From: Nitrosopumilus sp.
GTDB taxonomy: Archaea > Thermoproteota > Nitrososphaeria > Nitrososphaerales > Nitrosopumilaceae
Direction: 5' to 3'
Assembly: GCA_963667665.2 (NCBI GenBank)
Contig: OY763927.2
Span: 512,001 to 576,000, forward strand
Length of the DNA stretch: 64,000 nt
The notes below the pieces were generated by a model, which was not told the origin of the DNA, did no database searches, and saw nothing but the letters and a program-made list of their open reading frames with translations. This document shows positions 53,256 through 62,246 of the stretch, one piece after another. A program made the translations under genes and the position numbers. Within the stretch, counting starts at the first letter, position 1. Every line of letters begins with the position of its first letter.

Positions 53256-55145
53256 ATGTCTTCATTTCACTCTAGAATTTCAAAAAATTCCCCTTTAATA
53301 CAAAAACTATTCTACATTACAGTGAAAACAAAGCAGATAAAGTCATTCAAACTGGACCCATTTAATCTTGAATTTGCATTAGTCTCTACAGATGTTGCAG
53401 GAATATCAGAAAAAGAGCTATCCATATTATCATTTCTCTCATTCTTTGACAAGTTTACAGAGCCATTCTCCATTGATGTAGTGCGAGACTATGAGGATTT
53501 GCTATTCTACAAAACCATAAGGAGTTGCAGATTTGATAATGTAATAATTAACACAAGCCAGGAAAACCCTGAAAACATCCTACCTGGCGTATCATCTGCA
53601 TCTACCAGAAAGTGGGAAATAACAGAGGAGCATCCTGATTATTGTATATTAAAAGATGGATTATACTGTAAAACATACACGTTATCCATGCTTCATGATG
53701 ACTTGCCACCTGGATGGATTTACGGGTTGTATCAATATTCTGATGCAATAAGAATATTTGTAGAGCCTATACCTGACGGAAAGACACAATCAACAATTGC
53801 AAACCACAAGTCAGCTGCTGCCACAATGTCATCAGCCACTGGCATGAACTCGACTGATAATATCTCAATAATAAAAGAGTTGGTCCTAAACAAGAAAAAC
53901 CAGAAACTGTTCTTTACTAGAATAAACATTGTACTACTTGCAGCGGATGTCTCATCATTGCGCTCTAGAGAAAAAGAGTTTCTACAAAATACAAAAAACA
54001 TTCCAGGTATTGAGACTGCAAAACATGTCCAGAAAAAATTACTCCACGGAACAGAAGGTCAGAGAATTTTAATGGTGAGCAGTGCGTTTCACTGTCTTAT
54101 TCCGTTTGTAACATCAGAATTGTACGAGGAAGGCGGCATACTGTTGGGGGAAAATACAATGACAGGAAATCCAATCAGATGGAACATCAATAACCGTATC
54201 AATAGAAACACTGTACTTGCATCTACTTCTGGATCTGGCAAGACAACACTTGCAATGATGATAATTCATGCCTTTGAAAAGATGCATCATAACGCGTTTA
54301 TCTTTGGAGTTGATCCTGAAAACGAGTATGCAGTACTGGGTCAGAACATGGGATTTACCTGTGTGGATTATTCCTTTGGAAAAAAGATGGGTCTTGATTT
54401 ATTCAAGATGGTCCCAGATACTTTTGCTGCAACTGAAACATTGTGCAATGCGCTAAACGTTCCAGAAGTGGACAGAATCATTCCAAATATGGCTGCAACC
54501 ACCCTTGCAAATCTTGACATCTCGCACAGAAGCTTTACAAAATTCTATGAGATAATGGAAAAAAACGAAACAGACAATCACGCCCTAAAATATTTTAAGA
54601 TGTTGACTATTCCTCCATATTCTGACTTTTTTGAAGGGGAACCACCAAAGTCTAACAAGATAATTCTATCGCTAAAAAACATCGGCAGTGCTGGTGGAAC
54701 AGTACACAGACTAATCACACAGATTGCACTGTCTTATGCAATGGGCAGGGCATTGCTAATGCCCAAAATAATTCCGAAACTATTCATGCTAGATGAGGTG
54801 TGGATGTTACTACAACACGACTCTCTTGGTAATTATATTCAGAACTTGTCAAGACGTGGAAGAAAATACAACATCAATCTCATGATGGCAACTCAGAACA
54901 TTGAGGATATGACAGATAATGTATCTGCTCGAAACGTCCTGGTGAACAGTGACACTGTTATGTTTCTCAGGCAAAGTGAGGCTACTGCAAAATCACTCAG
55001 AGAACACTTTGTACTCTCTGATAATGCCGTCTCCTATATGATGAGATTAAACAGGGGACAGGCACTGATAAAATACGGAAATAGCATGGTTCCTGTAAAT
55101 ATCTTACCTGATGATGAGCAGTTAAAACTGTTCAGACCGAGATGA
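53256..55145 (+). CDS. VirB4-like conjugation ATPase
   Basis: STSGSGKT Walker A, VDPENEY, MLDEVW Walker B, RRGRKY, ATQN, LNRGQAL. Confidence 0.85.
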   Translation: MSSFHSRISKNSPLIQKLFYITVKTKQIKSFKLDPFNLEFALVSTDVAGISEKELSILSFLSFFDKFTEPFSIDVVRDYEDLLFYKTIRSCRFDNVIINTSQENPENILPGVSSASTRKWEITEEHPDYCILKDGLYCKTYTLSMLHDDLPPGWIYGLYQYSDAIRIFVEPIPDGKTQSTIANHKSAAATMSSATGMNSTDNISIIKELVLNKKNQKLFFTRINIVLLAADVSSLRSREKEFLQNTKNIPGIETAKHVQKKLLHGTEGQRILMVSSAFHCLIPFVTSELYEEGGILLGENTMTGNPIRWNINNRINRNTVLASTSGSGKTTLAMMIIHAFEKMHHNAFIFGVDPENEYAVLGQNMGFTCVDYSFGKKMGLDLFKMVPDTFAATETLCNALNVPEVDRIIPNMAATTLANLDISHRSFTKFYEIMEKNETDNHALKYFKMLTIPPYSDFFEGEPPKSNKIILSLKNIGSAGGTVHRLITQIALSYAMGRALLMPKIIPKLFMLDEVWMLLQHDSLGNYIQNLSRRGRKYNINLMMATQNIEDMTDNVSARNVLVNSDTVMFLRQSEATAKSLREHFVLSDNAVSYMMRLNRGQALIKYGNSMVPVNILPDDEQLKLFRPR

Positions 55146-55299
55146 TATCTGTGCTAGATTGTTTTCTTTGATTTTTTATAGACATTCCTTACAACAAGAT
55201 CACACCATTAGATTACCGCCAGTTAAATTCATGACAGAATCAAAACATATTCAGATTTTGATTATGTATGAGGATAAATAAAAAAGAAACAATATAAAA

Positions 55300-55680
55300 T
55301 CAGGGTTTTGGCAAACCTTTGATTTTTTCTATTTGTTGTACCATATCAGGCATTTGTGCAGGAATCTCAAGAATATCTATTCTTTCATCTGTATTCGAAT
55401 CATAGCTTAGTGGATCATATTCATAATGCGATATCCATACTGGAGGTTCTAGTACGACTTTTTTACCGTTTATTGAAGTTATTTTTAGTATTTCCATATG
55501 ATCTAGTTTTTTGTTGTATACAATTTGAAACCCAACTGTTGTCAAATCATCATGATCATGTACTGTTTTTGCAATTTCCTTTATGGTATATGTAAAGGCA
55601 CTAGTCATCACTTGTTGCAATCTCTCTTCATCTGATTCTTTGGAATGTTTACTCATTATAGCATCCAAACAATTTTGCAT
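55300..55680 (-). CDS. Hypothetical protein
   Basis: 126 aa ORF. Confidence 0.55.
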   Translation of the reverse strand: MQNCLDAIMSKHSKESDEERLQQVMTSAFTYTIKEIAKTVHDHDDLTTVGFQIVYNKKLDHMEILKITSINGKKVVLEPPVWISHYEYDPLSYDSNTDERIDILEIPAQMPDMVQQIEKIKGLPKP

Positions 55681-55900
55681 AAAAAGGAAAAAATTTACCC
55701 AGTCTCATCTATTGAAAGTCATCTTCCATACACGCTTAAAATTACTTGTTTTGTAGGTCATGTGATCTCTTCTATGGATTCAGTCATGAAGGTTCTGGTA
55801 AATTCTAATGATCTGATCACCAAAATCTACCAGAACCTATGTATGCAAACAAGATGAAATGATCACCATATTTTTATATATAAATTATTTATGATCGCAT

Positions 55901-56914
55901 ATGAGAAAGATTGTATTCATATTTGTGTTATTATTAATTGGTATTGCTCCATTAATCATTTCATCATACTCTGATTATGTCTCCCCAAAAAAACAGCTAG
56001 AATCTGGAGTATTGCCTGAGGATATACAATGTAGAGAGAATAAAGTACTTGTGATCAGAGATAATGGAAATCCAGCTTGTGTTAAAGAGGAAACTGCACA
56101 AAAAACAGGGTGGGATATCATTGCAACAGAGTTTGCACAAAAAATAGTTCCATCAAACCAAGAAGTTCAGATTAATGATAAAGTAGAAAATAATTTGATA
56201 GAACATGAATCTACAGTAGATAATGAGACAAACAATAATAATGAACAAGAATTCATAGTATTAGATTTTGGCTCTGATGTAGAGTATGTAGATGACGGTA
56301 GAGAACAATATAGAGCTAAATTACAGAAATCCCCTGCACCAGGGGATATGTTTGGCTATATTGATGAAGCTCTGGAAAAACATCCAGTAGATGCTGCTGG
56401 CCTGTTTAGAACACCAGCAATATCACATGAAAGATACTCTGTTAATCCAGGAGTTGGATTTTATCCACAAGACTGGATGCCATCACATGTTCCAGATGGA
56501 TATAGATTGCTGTATATTGATAATAGGCATTATGAAGAATTTGGTACTTATTGGATGAGAATATATTTTGTACCAAACACGTTTGAGTTAACGAAAGACA
56601 TCACAAACCTTGATTTAGATATGTCTCAAGGATTCAAAATATTTGTTGAGAAAAAAACACACCCATTAGATGAAATTGAAGATGAAATTGAGAATTATCG
56701 AGAACGTATAGAATCTGATTATGGATATGTAGGTAGATTCTTAGACTTGGAACGTGATGGAAAAACAGTTTGGGCATCAGAGACACAATCTGATTACAAT
56801 CACTATCATGCAACACTTAACTATAACTTTGATGAATATACCATAGTAGGAGTATCATCAAATTATCATACTCTAGAGGAATTACAACCAATATTTGATA
56901 GTATAATGAAATGA
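55901..56914 (+). CDS. Secreted acidic protein with a thaumarchaeal SPxKQ...C...PACVK domain
   Basis: Signal peptide; SPKKQLESGVLPEDIQCRENKVLVIRDNGNPACVK; TTTATATA upstream. Confidence 0.75.
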   Translation: MRKIVFIFVLLLIGIAPLIISSYSDYVSPKKQLESGVLPEDIQCRENKVLVIRDNGNPACVKEETAQKTGWDIIATEFAQKIVPSNQEVQINDKVENNLIEHESTVDNETNNNNEQEFIVLDFGSDVEYVDDGREQYRAKLQKSPAPGDMFGYIDEALEKHPVDAAGLFRTPAISHERYSVNPGVGFYPQDWMPSHVPDGYRLLYIDNRHYEEFGTYWMRIYFVPNTFELTKDITNLDLDMSQGFKIFVEKKTHPLDEIEDEIENYRERIESDYGYVGRFLDLERDGKTVWASETQSDYNHYHATLNYNFDEYTIVGVSSNYHTLEELQPIFDSIMK

Positions 56915-56928
56915 AATACATCCCCAAC

Positions 56929-57400
56929 TTATCCTAAAACTCTCCAGTACATCATAATTGATGCCAAATACACAAACCCAAGATAATTATCACAGTTCTT
57001 CTCATATCTGATTCTTGTTCTATGAAATCCATTCTTCAACCATGCAAAGAATCTCTCAACAACAAACCTTGTCTTGTTGTAATTGTTCTGCATGTTATTT
57101 GGTACGATGAATTTGGAATTATTCCTGTATGGAATGCAGCATCTGATAGAATGATTTCTCAGATAATTCCTGATGTATTTTGCATCATAGCCCTTGTCTG
57201 CATACACTGATACGATCTCTTCTATCATAGAATCATCTACAAAATCTGAAATTGATTCCATGACATCGATAAATTTCGTACTATCATGTTGATTTGCAGG
57301 ACTGCATACAATTGATATTGGCAATCCATTACTATCTACGGCAACATGTATTTTTGTACCTAGAATCTTCTTGAAACCATCATATCCAGTTACGTTGCCC
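56929..57400 (-). CDS. IS5 transposase OrfB (DDE), reached by -1 frameshift
   Basis: GYDGFKKILGTKIHVAVD...ADKGYD...RFVVERFFAWL. Confidence 0.9.
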
Positions 57401-57722
57401 CTTTTTTATTGGAAATTGATGATGAATCAACTGATATCTTTTGCAGATTAATCTTGTTTTGTTTGTAAGCTGATTTCATTATTCCAGAAAGAATCTTTTT
57501 CCATACTCCTTTTTGCTGCCAGTCTTGTAATCGTAGATGTGTAGTTGATTTGGAACCATACTTTTCTGGTAATTCTTCCCATCTGCATCCAACAGTTAGA
57601 ACAAATAGAATTCCATTAATTGTTGTTCTATCATCACATCTTGGTCTGCCTGTTCTTGCAGGTTTTGGTAAATGTGGTATAATTGATTTCCACTGTTTGT
57701 CTGTTAGTTCTTTATGAATCAT
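57390..57722 (-). CDS. IS5 transposase OrfA
   Basis: LTDKQW...GRPR.DDR...GCRW..LP..YG; ends at the AAAAAAGGGG slippery site (~57398-57407). Confidence 0.9.
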   Translation of the reverse strand: MIHKELTDKQWKSIIPHLPKPARTGRPRCDDRTTINGILFVLTVGCRWEELPEKYGSKSTTHLRLQDWQQKGVWKKILSGIMKSAYKQNKINLQKISVDSSSISNKKGAT

Positions 57723-57772
57723 AGAAATGATTTGATAGATGTTATTGTTAGATCTATACTATCATCAAATGT

Positions 57773-58573
57773 TTACAAAATGATCTGTTTTAGGATGAGT
57801 TGGGTATCATTTTTGATATCTGATATCAGTTTTGGAATCAAGGCACCACCTCCTGCACAAACTACTGGGATTCCGGGATAGTCAATTACGACTTTTTCCA
57901 GAGAATCTGAAATGTTTGCGGCAAGGATTTTTCTTGCCTCATCGAGTTGCGGGGTGTTCTTTGAGAACAGTTTTTTATCCACATAACCTGATTTAGAAGA
58001 CGTAATGGATCTTGTAATGTCGCCAACACCATGCAAAAGTGTTTGGCCATATGCTATTGTATCGTGAGTTACAGCCATTATCTCAGTTGTACCCTGTCCT
58101 ATATGACACACTATTCCATCTTCTAACCCTTCATGATCAAGGGTTGCCTTTGCCTGAAACATCACACCAAAGAACTTTGGTGCAAATCTATCTTGAACTA
58201 CATTCTTGATTTTTTGGACGTAATCTTTTGCATTGTATGGAATGCCTGCAACGATTACACATTCTGAATAGTTTTGTGGACCGCCAGGCAATGCATCTTT
58301 TTGCAATACTATGACCTTCTCTAGTGCATGTTTTACCAACTCCATATAATCAGTAATGGATGTTGGTGCTCCCCTATACACTGGAGTCTTTAACACCATT
58401 GATTTTACTGACTCTTGTTTTGCTGCTTGCTCCCCGACAAGAACAGTTTTTTTTGATTCCAAGTCCATGCTTTTGCCTCTTGCAATTATTGATGGGAATG
58501 TAAATGTGCCATGTATGGTGGCAACTTTTACCAAACCCGTTCCAATGTCAAGACCGATGCAATTTTGTTTCAT
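57773..58573 (-). pseudogene. ParM/MreB-like actin-fold ATPase truncated by the IS5
   Basis: IGLDIGTGLVK, HIGQGTTE, CAGGGA; last ~9 codons are IS sequence. Confidence 0.85.
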
Positions 58574-58608
58574 GCTAACACCAGAACATTTTGAATTTAA
58601 GGTGCCAT

Positions 58609-58861
58609 TTTACTATCGTGTAATTACACGATAGTAAATCCCAACTATCGTGTAATTTGACGATACCCAAAATCCCTCCAAAAAAGAGGTTAACAAAACG
58701 CCCTTAATACAAAAACACTACTAGTAATTAAACAAAACCCAAAAAACACCAAAAACACACTTTACAGCATAGATAAGGAAAAATCCCAAGGATTCATACC
58801 AAATTCCAAAAACGCAATTTTTTCACAAAAACCAACCAAACTATCGCGTAATTACACGATA
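58609..58861. promoter_or_regulatory. Three ACTATCGTGTAATTACACGATAGT-type palindromic boxes upstream of the actin gene
   Basis: Perfect 30-bp palindrome 58609-58638; degenerate copies at ~58643-58665 and ~58840-58861. Confidence 0.8.
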
Positions 58862-58893
58862 TCAAAACCAACAAAATTTCTACAAAAATAAAA

Positions 58894-58963
58894 TAGAGGG
58901 CTATGATGAGACAGGCGTTGATCTGACACCAATATGATGACAGGCTTCTGTCTGAGCCCTCTA
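58894..58963 (+). ncRNA. Box C/D methylation-guide sRNA
   Basis: Terminal stem tagagggc/gccctcta; C ATGATGA 58903, D' CTGA 58923, C' ATGATGA 58934, D CTGA 58952; 13- and 11-nt guides; T-tract downstream. Confidence 0.85.
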
Positions 58964-59020
58964 CAAATTTTTTGTATCAATGCTGTTAAAAATGTTAGCA
59001 CAGTCAAAGGTTTTGTCAAA

Positions 59021-59079
59021 CTGAGATATTATCTCCAACCCTGCAAAGAAATCGACTCAGCGAGTAGGGATTAAGAGAT
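59021..59079 (+). ncRNA. Pseudoknotted motif copy 1 (lacks the internal hairpin)
   Basis: CTGAG/CTCAG crossing CCCTGC/GTAGGG; outer ATCTC/GAGAT; conserved CAA, GA and C. Confidence 0.6.
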
Positions 59080-59347
59080 TAAAAGAATTTTCTCAAATAC
59101 AAATACATCAAAGAGAACAACCAGTCCGCACAGCAGTATCATTTGGTTTATTGTAAAAAGAATAAATCAACAGGAATAAATTCCCGACATTGAATGATGA
59201 GGAACTATTCACACCAGAAATTATTTTTTTAACCCTAGCGCAAGCTATACTCTGGTGACGACATCAACTATCTACGGACAGACCAGTTACAATCTGCATT
59301 AGTTCAGCATTTGAGAGAAGACCACCATTTAGGTGAGGTAAAATACT

Positions 59348-59584
59348 ATGATGCGAAAAACACAAAGCAAAAAAATTCAAAACACAGGTACAAGTGTAAT
59401 AAACGTACAAAATACATCCAGCCAGAAACTACTTTTGGCAAAGAACTACCTTGAGCAGAAACTGGAATCTCAAGGATATAGAGGTCATGTAAGATACGAC
59501 CAAACCAGTCAAGGCTCTAATCCAGTACAGAGTCAAAGAGGGAACAGTAGCAGTTCTCAAAGACGGCAAACTCTGCATATTTGA
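59348..59584 (+). CDS. Small basic hypothetical protein
   Basis: 78 aa ORF with GGTGAGGT upstream. Confidence 0.5.
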   Translation: MMRKTQSKKIQNTGTSVINVQNTSSQKLLLAKNYLEQKLESQGYRGHVRYDQTSQGSNPVQSQRGNSSSSQRRQTLHI

Positions 59585-59585
59585 G

Positions 59586-60407
59586 ATGCCAATGAAGAAA
59601 TTCAAAGGAGCATATCCATTGGAAGTACAATCAGTGGACATGGATTCAATCCAGACACAAAAAGCCACTTGCTGCAAGAGATGCCATACATGGAGACAAC
59701 AAGCAGACATAACACGATGTTCCTGTGGGGGATATCTTGTTCCAAGAAAGAGATTCTCTGTAGATACAGTAGAGTCATGGGATGAGCAATTCCTAGAGAT
59801 AGAATTTGCAAAAAAAGACATCAGAGCAGCAATAAGAACTGACAGAATTCTATCACGCAGACCAAGAAAATACCAAACAACAGGTATCACCCACAAACTC
59901 GCTGGAATATCATCTACAGAAATAGTAGATTCCCACAAAGAGGAATTGTTACTAATTCCAAGCGGTGATGATGTAAAGACTGTTCAGGTCAAACCAATAC
60001 TATCATGCAGTCTGATTTTTGTTGCTGCAATCAGTAGAGAAGACAAACCAGTTACAGACACAGACAAACTAGAGATTCTCAAAAAATACAACCTAGAGCC
60101 TGTAAATGATGATGCAAAAGACAGACAGTTCAAGTCCGAGGCAAAACAATTCATCAACCACACAACACCAATCCTATCTGAACAACTGATGGATTCATGG
60201 AACCATTCTGCATCTAGAAGACAGTCCAAAGTGTATAGAAGAAAGGTAAACTCTCTTGAGAAGAAATGGGACGGTACAGAATTGAGGAGACTGGACTACA
60301 AATATGGTCATCTATCAACCAAAAAAGACCGCAAAGAAAAGAACCAGCATATAACACAATCCTTTGCAAGCTCGATTCCTATCCCAACAGCAAATCAGAA
60401 AGCATAG
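59586..60407 (+). CDS. Basic hypothetical protein with an N-terminal Zn ribbon
   Basis: CKRC...RCSCGG; 273 aa. Confidence 0.65.
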   Translation: MPMKKFKGAYPLEVQSVDMDSIQTQKATCCKRCHTWRQQADITRCSCGGYLVPRKRFSVDTVESWDEQFLEIEFAKKDIRAAIRTDRILSRRPRKYQTTGITHKLAGISSTEIVDSHKEELLLIPSGDDVKTVQVKPILSCSLIFVAAISREDKPVTDTDKLEILKKYNLEPVNDDAKDRQFKSEAKQFINHTTPILSEQLMDSWNHSASRRQSKVYRRKVNSLEKKWDGTELRRLDYKYGHLSTKKDRKEKNQHITQSFASSIPIPTANQKA

Positions 60408-60620
60408 ATGATGACTGCTGAAGAATCTGCATTGAAACAATTCCAGGACGAACCATTTTTTGAGGTTCTGGTACAATCAATATCAAGAAAGGCAACAGCA
60501 TATGCATATGCACAACTTGTACAGAAATCAAATCTGGGTTCTGGAAACACAGTTGACTGTATCATAAAAGAGCAGGTACAAAAAACAATCCACAAACTCG
60601 AAAAGATTGGACAGTCTTAA
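60408..60620 (+). CDS. Small hypothetical protein
   Basis: 70 aa ORF abutting the previous gene. Confidence 0.5.
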   Translation: MMTAEESALKQFQDEPFFEVLVQSISRKATAYAYAQLVQKSNLGSGNTVDCIIKEQVQKTIHKLEKIGQS

Positions 60621-60671
60621 AAGCAAGAGAATTCCAACAGGAATAATGTCTAAGACAAAAACTGACTTTGA

Positions 60672-60748
60672 CTGAGTCTATCGCTCCAACTCCGTTATTC
60701 TGGTATAATAATACCAGCTGACTCAGCAGAACGGATGTGTGAGTTGAT
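60672..60748 (+). ncRNA. Pseudoknotted motif copy 2
   Basis: CTGAGTC/GACTCAG crossing TCCGTT/AACGGA; internal hairpin CTGGTAT/ATACCAG; followed by AAGGAGG and the ATG at 60767. Confidence 0.7.
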
Positions 60749-60766
60749 CCTTAAAGGAGGAAAAAA

Positions 60767-61459
60767 ATGGCAAAACAATTTATCAAAAGAACACTCATGG
60801 CAATAGTATTTACCATGTTGATTGTCATTGTAGCATCCCTTACATATCAGTATGTGGTTCCGATGGTACTTTCGATGGATACATCAAATGTGTCAGACGG
60901 AATAAACATTGGAAAAGGAATGTTGTACAATGCAAAAGAGCAGGTTATGAATGTCATGGGACAAAATGAAAAGAACTCTCAGGGAACACAAACTGATACT
61001 GCAAGTCAAGATGTAGAATTGTGGTACCAGAACAAAACAGTTGAAAAATCTCAAGGTACACAGACTAGTACAGCAAGTCAAGATGCAATACCATATGGTA
61101 CAGCACTTGGAGGCAAAGTCACCAAAATCGTAGACGGTGATACTCTAGATATTGATGGTACAAGAATCAGACTTGCGCTAGTCAATACACCAGAAAGAGA
61201 AGAAACAGGATATGCAGAAGCTACAGAATTTACAAGATTACACTGTCCAGTTGGTAGTACAGCAATGTATGATATGGATGATGGACAGAGAGATGGTTCT
61301 TACGGCAGAGTCATCGCAAAGGTGTGGTGCTTTGGATATCCAGTGGAGACACCAGACACATCATTGAATGCAATGCTGGTTAATTCAGGACATGCAGAAA
61401 TATTTCACAGATTCTGTAATACCAGTGAGTTTAGCAGTGATGAATGGGCAAACTGTTAG
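60767..61459 (+). CDS. Membrane-anchored thermonuclease (SNase) family protein
   Basis: N-terminal TM; KIVDGDTL, RIRLALVNTPE, YGRVIA, LNAMLVNSGHA. Confidence 0.9.
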   Translation: MAKQFIKRTLMAIVFTMLIVIVASLTYQYVVPMVLSMDTSNVSDGINIGKGMLYNAKEQVMNVMGQNEKNSQGTQTDTASQDVELWYQNKTVEKSQGTQTSTASQDAIPYGTALGGKVTKIVDGDTLDIDGTRIRLALVNTPEREETGYAEATEFTRLHCPVGSTAMYDMDDGQRDGSYGRVIAKVWCFGYPVETPDTSLNAMLVNSGHAEIFHRFCNTSEFSSDEWANC

Positions 61460-61487
61460 AGAATTTTCACACAAATATTTTTTTTGA

Positions 61488-61557
61488 CCTGACAATCCTC
61501 TCAAATCCAATACCAGTGCAAATGCACCTGACAGGCAGATTGGATGTGAAGAAGGTT
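61488..61557 (+). ncRNA. Pseudoknotted motif copy 3 (sequence-divergent, structure retained)
   Basis: CCTG/CAGG crossing ATCCAAT/ATTGGAT; hairpin GTGC/GCAC; preceded by a T-run and TGA. Confidence 0.65.
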
Positions 61558-61589
61558 ATGATGCTTGCAGCATTACAAAAAAAAAAATC

Positions 61590-62006
61590 ATGACTGAACA
61601 AAACAATTCAGAGAAAATAAGAACCAGTCTAATGCGACGACAAAACGTGATATTTGTGGCAATGATAATAGTTGGGTTATTCCTGACCATCACGAGCCAG
61701 CTAATAGACAAACGACTGCTAAGTGAAGGCATAGCCTTTATTATAGTTGGATTCGTAGGTATGTTAATGTCTTGGACTACAATGGATATTGGCGCAAGTA
61801 TCAAGGAGGTAATCTATGATGTCGGCAGACAAAACCTGACAGTATTAGAATCCATTGCAAAATCTCAAAACGAGATGGTAAAATCTCTAAACGAGATGGT
61901 AAAATCTCTAAACGAGATGGTAAAATCTCTAAACGAGATGGTAAAATCTCTAAACGAGATGGTAAAATCTCTAAACGAGATAAAAGAAATCTTACAAGAC
62001 AAATAG
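61590..62006 (+). CDS. Two-TM protein with a C-terminal heptad-repeat coiled coil
   Basis: Two TM segments; KSLNEMV repeats. Confidence 0.75.
   Translation: MTEQNNSEKIRTSLMRRQNVIFVAMIIVGLFLTITSQLIDKRLLSEGIAFIIVGFVGMLMSWTTMDIGASIKEVIYDVGRQNLTVLESIAKSQNEMVKSLNEMVKSLNEMVKSLNEMVKSLNEMVKSLNEIKEILQDK
61860..61981 (+). repeat. 21-bp in-frame tandem repeat, five full copies plus one partial
   Basis: aaatctctaaacgagatggta. Confidence 0.95.
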
Positions 62007-62040
62007 ACTGAGTTTTTCAAAAACCCACAATTTTTTTTGA

Positions 62041-62114
62041 CTGAGTCTACTGACCCAAACCCATTATTTTCATCAGTATGATGAGCCGACTCAGCGGATG
62101 GGTGTGCGATTGAT
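62041..62114 (+). ncRNA. Pseudoknotted motif copy 4
   Basis: CTGAGTC/GACTCAG crossing ACCCAT/ATGGGT; hairpin TCATC/GATGA; preceded by a T-run and TGA. Confidence 0.7.
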
Positions 62115-62246
62115 TGGAAAATCAAAGATTTTCAAGTTCCTAGAATCATTATACAGAAATATCCCAAAGGGATGTTTTTACAAATGAATTCGCATAGGAA
62201 CCGTTCTACTGAAAACGTTATTTCAGAAATAAGGAGGTTGAACCGA

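Larger units (their letters stand above)
56923..57804 (-). mobile_element. IS5-family insertion sequence (~880 bp), two-ORF frameshifted transposase
   Basis: 18-bp terminal inverted repeats cccaactYatcctaaaac (1 mismatch); no flanking target duplication seen. Confidence 0.9.

Noticed and set aside
59194-59260. ATGATGA at ~59194, ~62078 and TGATGA near the window end as further C/D RNAs
   Set aside because: No correctly spaced CTGA boxes or terminal stem; the last one is cut off by the window.
61860-61981. 21-bp repeat as a mini-CRISPR
   Set aside because: Head-to-tail copies with no spacers, in frame within a CDS.
59021-62114. Assigning the pseudoknot motif to HDV-like/theta, twister, hammerhead or fluoride-riboswitch families
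   Set aside because: The required cores (P3/L3/P1.1, CUGAUGA-GAAA, GAUGG and similar) are not present in all copies; left unassigned.
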